Source: Octopus vulgaris (taxonomy: Eukaryota). From it: a DNA stretch of 64,000 nt. Location: assembly GCA_951406725.2 (NCBI GenBank), contig OX597831.1, positions 79,050,001-79,114,000 on the forward strand. Reading direction: 5' to 3'. The translations under genes were made by a program, and so were the position numbers. The notes beneath the pieces are model-generated. The model made no database searches, was not told the DNA's origin, and saw nothing but the letters and a program-made list of their open reading frames with translations. Below, one piece after another: positions 55,866 through 64,000 of this stretch; positions within the stretch are counted from its first letter, which is position 1, and every line of letters starts with the position of its first letter.

Positions 55866-56938
55866 CACATATACATATATATTAACACATACATATATAT
55901 ACATAAATACATATATATATATATATGCATGTATGTATATATTATACATATATATACATATACATACATATAGATGCGTGTGAGTGGGTGTATGAGAGTG
56001 TCTGATATATTTGACCAATCCAAGTGAACAACTACTTGATAACACACAAATCTAAATCTATGAAAGGAATCTTTGTTTTCTGTCTATCTCTTTAGTTATG
56101 TATTCATTTATTATTTTTGACTGAAAGGTGTCTAATACTTCTTTGTTGTCAATAGATCACCGGTTCTAATTATACGTGTATCATAAAATACAAAAGAAAA
56201 GACCACAAATATACTTGCGACGACATACACCTCTGCATATGTACCTTTACATATATATATATGTGTTTATATATATATATATATGTTTGTGTGTATTCTT
56301 TTTTGTATATATCTGTGTTTGATCGCTTGATCCAGCATGAATAGAATTATTTATGAAAACATACTTAGTATGACATATCGACCAAAATCGCTCGGGGCGC
56401 TAATTTTTTTTCCGTCATTTTTGGTTCCGCCGCCATGCCAGTCTGTGAGGTGGTACTTATTTCTATCACTGGAGATATAATAACACGTCATTCATCTATT
56501 CTTCAGTTCCACTCTCCAACAAAATGACCATTTTCACATTTTCAAAAGAGGGTACTTCACAAAAATTGGAGCTAAAAGAAATGGTATACCGTTTACCATT
56601 CCTATCTGTGGAATTTCATTAATGTTTTTGGCAAAACATAGATACTTGGATATTCTGATTCTCTCTCTCTCTCTCTTTCACTCTCTCTTTCTTTCTCTCT
56701 CTCTCTCTCTCTATCTATCTTTCTCAATATATATATATATGTATATATATATATAGAGAGAGAGACAGATAGACGATTTAAAAGTCTATTATCAGCATAT
56801 TGACATTGAAATAATTTTCTTTAGCCCTTATTTATAAGTTGTTTATAATTTTAACCGTAAAGGTATTTTAATATGCTGCCACATTTCTTGATGGAATTCT
56901 TTTCTGTAGAGAAAAAAACTTCATCCTATTTTAGTAGT

Positions 56939-56984
<46 letters not shown>

Positions 56985-57017
56985 CATATATATATACATA
57001 TATATATATATCCATAC

Positions 57018-57123
<106 letters not shown>

Positions 57124-57546
57124 TATGTATGTATGTATTTATGTATGTATTTATGTATGTATTATTTCGGCGATATTTGCCTACTGGTGATTTCTTCGAT
57201 TTTTGGTCACAAATAACTGGGTCTCTATGAGTGAGTGACGGACTGCGCTCTATTGCGCAGCGCTTCGAGTGCGTTTTGTGTATTAATTTCGCATTCATAG
57301 AAAAATACTTTATGTCGGTGCCCTCTTCAAACTGACGACCATTCGTGAAGCAATCTCCTTGCACTTATAATAGGTTTTGCGTTCTACGAAACACGCACGG
57401 ACACTAATATACGTATCTGTATGTACACAAGCACCTGTGTGTTTTGGTGTGTGTGTGTTCGTGTGTGCTTTAGTTCATGTTTGTATGTCTACAGCACCTG
57501 TCTTCGTCTTTTGGTTTTTTTTTTTTGTGAATTCTCCCCCTATACA

Positions 57547-57614
<68 letters not shown>

Positions 57615-57629
57615 TATACATATACATGC

Positions 57630-57662
<33 letters not shown>

Positions 57663-57720
57663 GCATATATTTATACATATGTATATATATATACATACAT
57701 ATATATATACATATATATAT

Positions 57721-57782
<62 letters not shown>

Positions 57783-57886
57783 ACGCACGTTATATACATA
57801 TATATTTATATTCAAAATTAATATAAAAAGCTGCCTATCAACAAGATCGCTTTCCAACCACATGTATATATTTAAATGAGTGTATG

Positions 57887-58070
57887 TGTTTGTCCCCAGC
57901 CATGGCTTGACCGATGCTGGTGTGTTTATCTCCCGGATTTGGCAAAAGAGACGGATAGAATAAGTACTAGGTTTACAGAGAATAACTCCTGGCTTCCGTT
58001 TCATCGATTAAAAATAAACTTTTCAGGCGGTGATCCAACATGAAAAAAATGTAATCGAATAAAAGAATAG
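57887..58070 (+). mobile_element. SINE family B, 3' half, diverged
   Basis: GGCAAAAGAGACGGATAGAATAAGTACTAGG. Confidence 0.7.
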
Positions 58071-58162
58071 ATGTCTTGCAAACAACTTGCACATACATGT
58101 TTTCTTATTAACCTTAATCGGGGCAACCTTTCTGCTGCACCCTACATATGTATATTTGTATA

Positions 58163-58557
<395 letters not shown>

Positions 58558-58561
58558 ATAT

Positions 58562-58874
58562 AAAAGAGATGACTTACTCAGAAATCCGGATGGTTTTATA
58601 TTTACATATATTTATTAGTATGTTACATGTTTTTATACATCATATATCATATATTATCGCTTTTTTTCCATTCTAGTGGAGTCTTCAAATTGATGAAAAT
58701 TTTAGAACATTGATCAGTTTGAAGACTCCACTAGAGTGGACGAAAGCGCTATATATATGATGTATAAAAACATGTTACATACTAATAAATATCTGTAAAT
58801 ACATAACCATCCGGATTTCTGAGTAACTCATTTCTTCTAATATATAATACTTGTATATCATCTCCAAACCTTCT

Positions 58875-58880
<6 letters not shown>
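58562..58880 (+). mobile_element. Inverted-repeat Penelope-like pLTR element in (TA)n with a hammerhead-like motif (58713-58761)
   Basis: Arms at about 58562-58694 and 58713-58840. Plus strand reads TTGAAGA-C TCCAC TAGA GTGGA C-GAAA-GCGC-TA, with palindromic AGCGCT; stem I is weak. Confidence 0.75.
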
Positions 58881-58921
<41 letters not shown>

Positions 58922-59054
58922 GTATGTGTGTGTGTGTGTGTGTATACACATATGTACATATGTACTTATGTAGATATATATACATACATATATAAATAAT
59001 TCATACTTATATATAGATAGATGTATGCATACATAGTTATGTATATGTTTTATA

Positions 59055-59560
59055 GTGTCTGGGGAGAGTCATTCTTTTTTAGCTCCTTATTACTTAACAC
59101 ACTCACCGGTCCAATACTCGTTGACAATTGAAAAGGTTGCAAGACGCAACAAAAATTTTAGGAAAAATTTATAAGTAAATGAGTGGAAATTGAACCGGTG
59201 AGTGTGTTAAATAATAATGCACTGAAAGAGAATGACTCTCCCCAGATACAATGAAATATGCTTCAACTCCTTTTCGTCAACGCCTCAAATGTAAAATTCT
59301 CCCCTGAAGACGGAAGCGGTGTTACCCGATTATGGATCCAAGTAACTATAATTATTCCGGACCACTAAGTCCCAGAAACAACTGATGGACTCGTCAAACT
59401 CAACTCATTTAACACCTGGTATCATTTATATCCATACATCTGTACATTCTTTCTATCAAATGTGGAAATGGACTTGTCTGACTTAATTGTCATTACATTT
59501 ACTCATCTACAGTCTCAAGTTCAAATCTCTTGAGCACTTCGTAGTATACTCTATATAGAG
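59055..59560. mobile_element. Inverted-repeat element (59055-59250) followed by a degenerate hammerhead-like motif (59300-59389)
   Basis: GTGTCTGGGGAGAGTCATTCT...AACACACTCACCGGT pairs with ACCGGTGAGTGTGTT...AGAATGACTCTCCCCAGATAC, and a homolog lies at 54140-54290. Downstream reads CTGAAGA-CGGAA...-GAAA-CAACTG with a damaged cleavage site. Confidence 0.6.
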
Positions 59561-59596
59561 AACACCAACCTCTAACCTATAAATAAGATAGACAGC

Positions 59597-59627
<31 letters not shown>

Positions 59628-59696
59628 GTGACCTCGTGCGTATCGTTGGGGATTTTTTCCCCTGTCTTCCCTTCTCTCGATCATTCCTTCTCCTAT

Positions 59697-59731
59697 GTTT
59701 CCGACGAAGAGCTCCGCTCGAAACCTTAAAC
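59697..59731 (+). ncRNA. Minimal hammerhead-like motif (U4C) in a (TA)n-flanked element (59625-59835)
   Basis: GTTT-CCGACGA-A-GAGC TCC GCTC-GAAA-CC-TT-AAAC. Stem I 4 bp and stem II 4 bp, the same design as 16374 and 42668. Confidence 0.6.
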
Positions 59732-59828
59732 CCTCCTTCTTTCCTTCTTTCCTCAGCGTCCAATAATACTATATTTGTTCCACGTCCTCGCGTTGTTGTG
59801 TTTTTTTTGTGCTTTCTTGTTTGGATTA

Positions 59829-59927
<99 letters not shown>

Positions 59928-60677
59928 TTAGATACATACATACATACATACATACATACATACATACATACATACATACACACATACATACATACATACA
60001 TACATACATACATACACACACACATACATACATACATACATACATACATACATACATACATACATACATACATACATACATACATACATACATACATACA
60101 TACATACATAGATTAATAGGTGGCTGAATAGATTGAATGTATACGCGGGAAATGCACGTTTATATCTGTATCTGTACGAATAGATTTATCGGTGTGTATA
60201 TCTATTTTTCTCTTATACAGTTGTCGGTGTGTCTCTACAGAGGATTGCAAAATAATCTTTATTGCAGAGCATGAAATCTTAAAGTATAGGATTATCCGAA
60301 ATGTTGTAAATATCTTTCCTCATTACCGCGCATTCGACCTTGGGTTATAAATAGAGAACAAATTTAGTTGGATTGTAGGTATTTGACATCTACATCTTGC
60401 GTAGGCGCTCGCATGTCAGAGCACTTAATTATAATTATATTTCTATAATTACATACTTTAAAAATATATAGGGAGAAAATAAAGAATGTGTAGTGGCTAG
60501 CGACCTATCATGGCGAATACCGGACAGCGATTTAGTTTTTACAAGGTGGTGCTCCAGCATGATCACAGTCAAATGATTGAAACTAGTAAAAGGAAAAGGA
60601 TATATATATATATATGTGTGTGTGTGTATGTGTGTGTGTATGTGTTTGTGTATGTGTGGGTGTGTGAGTGTGTGTGT

Positions 60678-60741
<64 letters not shown>

Positions 60742-61669
60742 CGGTCGCACATACACTGCGTATGCTTTGTATATACGCCGAATTTGCTGTTGGATAGCTT
60801 CTTGCAAAAACTCCCTAGACAACGCCAAATGTTAAGGAACACCTCAGACTAGGTAAGACAACTCGCCTTGAAATCACCTTGAATCGTAGATACTGTCATT
60901 TCTCCATAGTTATGCTTTATCAATAACATGGACTCGGGTCATCACGAAGCGAATTGAATCTCTATGACTTATAGATCTGTAATGTACATGCATAAATGTA
61001 TCATTTTATGTACATATCTGTATGTGCCTGTAACTCTCTCTCTCTTCTTTACTCCCTCTCTCTCTCTCATTCTCTCTCTTCTTCACTCCCCCTCTCTCTC
61101 ATTATCTCTCTTCTTCTCTACCTCTCTCTCTTTTCCTCTCTCTCACTTCCTTACTTCCTCTCTCTCTTCGTTTTTCCGTCTCTCTCTCTTCCTCACTCCC
61201 TCTCTCTCTCTTTTCCTTCCTCACTCCCTCTCTCTCTCTTTTCCTCTCTCTACCCCTCTGTCTGTTTCCTTCTATCTTTCTTACACACATACATATACGA
61301 ACTCACGCACATAATGTCACTTCCTCAAACTCATATAGAAGGGTACCGACCCATACACGCACACTCTCAAACACACACAGACACACACAGACATGCACAT
61401 AAGAAATCCACCATTGCACATACACACTCGAACACCCACATACTTTCACACCTTTCTGTTCACACACACCATCATACACAAACACATACACACTTACATA
61501 CACTCACGCATACACATACACACACACACACACGTGTGCACAAACACATTTATGCACTCACTTTCACAGTCAATTGACACATTAGCCCCCACCCGGCCAC
61601 ACTCTACGCACACACCCACCATTACCCTTCTTCTACAGTCGTTAATATTTTCCTCGCTCTTTCTCCGCA

Positions 61670-62198
61670 GAAGAAGAAGGTGGAAGAAGGGGGAGGAGAA
61701 GAAGAGGAAGCAGAAGTAGAAGAACAAGAACAAGAACAAGACGTAGAGGAGGAGGAAGAAGGAGAGGAAGTAGGAGAGGAGGAGGAAGATGAAGAAGAAG
61801 AAGAGGAGGAAAAAGAATAAGAAGAGAAGGAGGAGGAAGAAGAAGACGAAGAAGTGAGGAGGAGGGGAGGAGAAGAAGAAGAAGAGAAGAAGAAGAAGAA
61901 GAAGAGAGGAGGAGGAAGAGAGGAGGAGGGGAGAAGAGGAAGAGAAGTGGAAGAAGAGGAGGAGGAAGAAGAAGAAGAAGAAGAAGAAGAGAGGAGGAGG
62001 GGAGGAGGGGAGAAGAAGACAGGTGGAAGAAGAGATGAGGAAAAAGAAGAAGAGAAACAAGGACATGAAGACTTAGAGGAAGAAAGAAAAGGAAGAAGAG
62101 AAGATGATGATAAAAGGATGAAAAGCAAAGACAGCAGCAACGACAAGAATAAAAACAACGAATTACTTAATCATCCGATCATCCGGAATGGAGAGAAA

Positions 62199-62255
<57 letters not shown>

Positions 62256-62503
62256 ATTAAGGCATAAATTCGGCAAAGGAATGAAGAGAAAAGAAAGTAA
62301 AAAAAAAAAATTCGAGTGAAATGTTCTGTGATGAAATGACACTTTGCGTTTGTATCCAATTCTTCAAAATTCTTGAAAGATTAGTGACAAACTGCATCGG
62401 TTGAGAGGAGATAATCAGAGAAGTCTCACACCTCCACCTCCCAGGCATGCGAGAATTGCAATAACAACAACAACGAAAATTTAAATCGAAATAATAATTT
62501 TAA

Positions 62504-62552
<49 letters not shown>

Positions 62553-62756
62553 TTGAACTCCAACACAAAACACTACCAACGTCAAACATCATCATCATCA
62601 TCATCATCATTGTCGTCGTCGTCGTAGTCTTGCTGCCATCTTTTGGTGTCACTACACCATTCTGTCATTTTCATCATTATAAATGTCTTTTTATCTATCA
62701 ATCTTTTATCTGTCTATCTATCTACTTATCTATCTATCTATCTATCTATCTATCTG

Positions 62757-62838
<82 letters not shown>

Positions 62839-62913
62839 AATCTATCTATCTATCAATCTTTCTCTCTCTCTCTCTCTATGTATCTATCTATCTATCTATC
62901 CATCCATCCATCC

Positions 62914-62980
<67 letters not shown>

Positions 62981-63005
62981 CATCCATCCAACCATCCATC
63001 CATCC

Positions 63006-63059
<54 letters not shown>

Positions 63060-63128
63060 GTATCTATGTATCTATCTAACTATTTATGTATCTCTCCTCC
63101 ACCCACTCTCTCTGTCTGTCTCTCTCTC

Positions 63129-63190
<62 letters not shown>

Positions 63191-63237
63191 GATAGATACA
63201 TACATACACATAGATACATAGATACATAGGTTGATAG

Positions 63238-63274
<37 letters not shown>

Positions 63275-64000
63275 CAGACATACATGCCATTCCTCTTCTG
63301 CTCTGTCGAGGTTTATAGGTTTATATTTGTTTGTGTTTTGTTTTGTATTTCTATTTCTTTATTTTATACTTTTCGGTGCCTTTTTTCCTTTTAATTTCCT
63401 TCGCCTTAAATCCGTGTTTATTTAAATCCGCGAAAATATCTACGATTTATGAAGGTTTTTTTTTGCCGTAAACAATATCTAAATCATTTGTAATCGAAGT
63501 GTGTTGAGCAGTCGAGGGTGGAGCGGCATCAGGAAGTGATGTTGATGGTTAGTGGGGGAGGGGGGATAATGATGACGACTATGACGATGATGATGGTGAT
63601 GATGAGGTTGACAGCGGTGACAACAACGATGATTTTGACGATAAATATGAGGACAAAGATGACGATGGGTATGATGAGGATGATGATGATGATGGTTACA
63701 CAGATGATAGCGGTGGTGGTGGTTGTGGTGATATAGATGATGATGATGATGACGACTACCACAACTATGACGATGATGATGACTACGACGACGACCACGA
63801 CGAAGACTTGATGATGATGATGAGGAGGAGGAGGATGATGGTGGTGATGATGATGACGACGACGACAACGATAATGATGATGATGATGATGATGATAATG
63901 TTGATGGTGATAATGATGATGATGATGGTGGTGGTGATGATGATGATGATGATGATGATAATGTTGATGATGATGATGATGACGATAATAATGACGAAGA
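61670..64000. repeat. Compound microsatellite blocks (GAA/GAG, GAAA, TAG, TCTA, GAT)
   Basis: Directly visible. Confidence 0.9.

Noticed and set aside
62325-62400. C/D box snoRNA (GTGATGA)
   Set aside because: No downstream CTGA D box or terminal stem at a plausible distance.

Overview
AT-rich eukaryotic intergenic or intronic DNA dominated by microsatellites ((TA)n, (TG)n, (GATA)n, trinucleotide tracts) and tRNA-derived SINEs. The repeat repertoire looks like an Octopus (coleoid cephalopod) genome; this is recognition only, not a database search. No intact protein-coding gene is supported, and almost all listed ORFs are translated microsatellites. Degenerate transposon remnants are recognisable: Penelope-like GIY-YIG endonuclease (two fragments), R4/Dong-type RLE LINE (two copies in (TAA)n), RTE, Tx1/L1-like, Tc1, DD37D mariner-like (two copies), and possibly DIRS. 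The main hidden signal is about 11 complete or near-complete type I hammerhead ribozyme (HHR) motifs, plus several half-motifs, from many unrelated short repeat families. Most sit in asymmetric inverted-repeat elements inserted in (TA)n, the architecture of Penelope pseudo-LTRs and retrozymes. One motif lies about 230 nt downstream of a Penelope GIY-YIG C-terminus. One family joins a tRNA-like Pol III head to the HHR tail. Several motifs have non-canonical cores (U3-A8 compensatory pair, recurrent A6U and U4C). All folding was done by eye, and ribozyme activity is untested.
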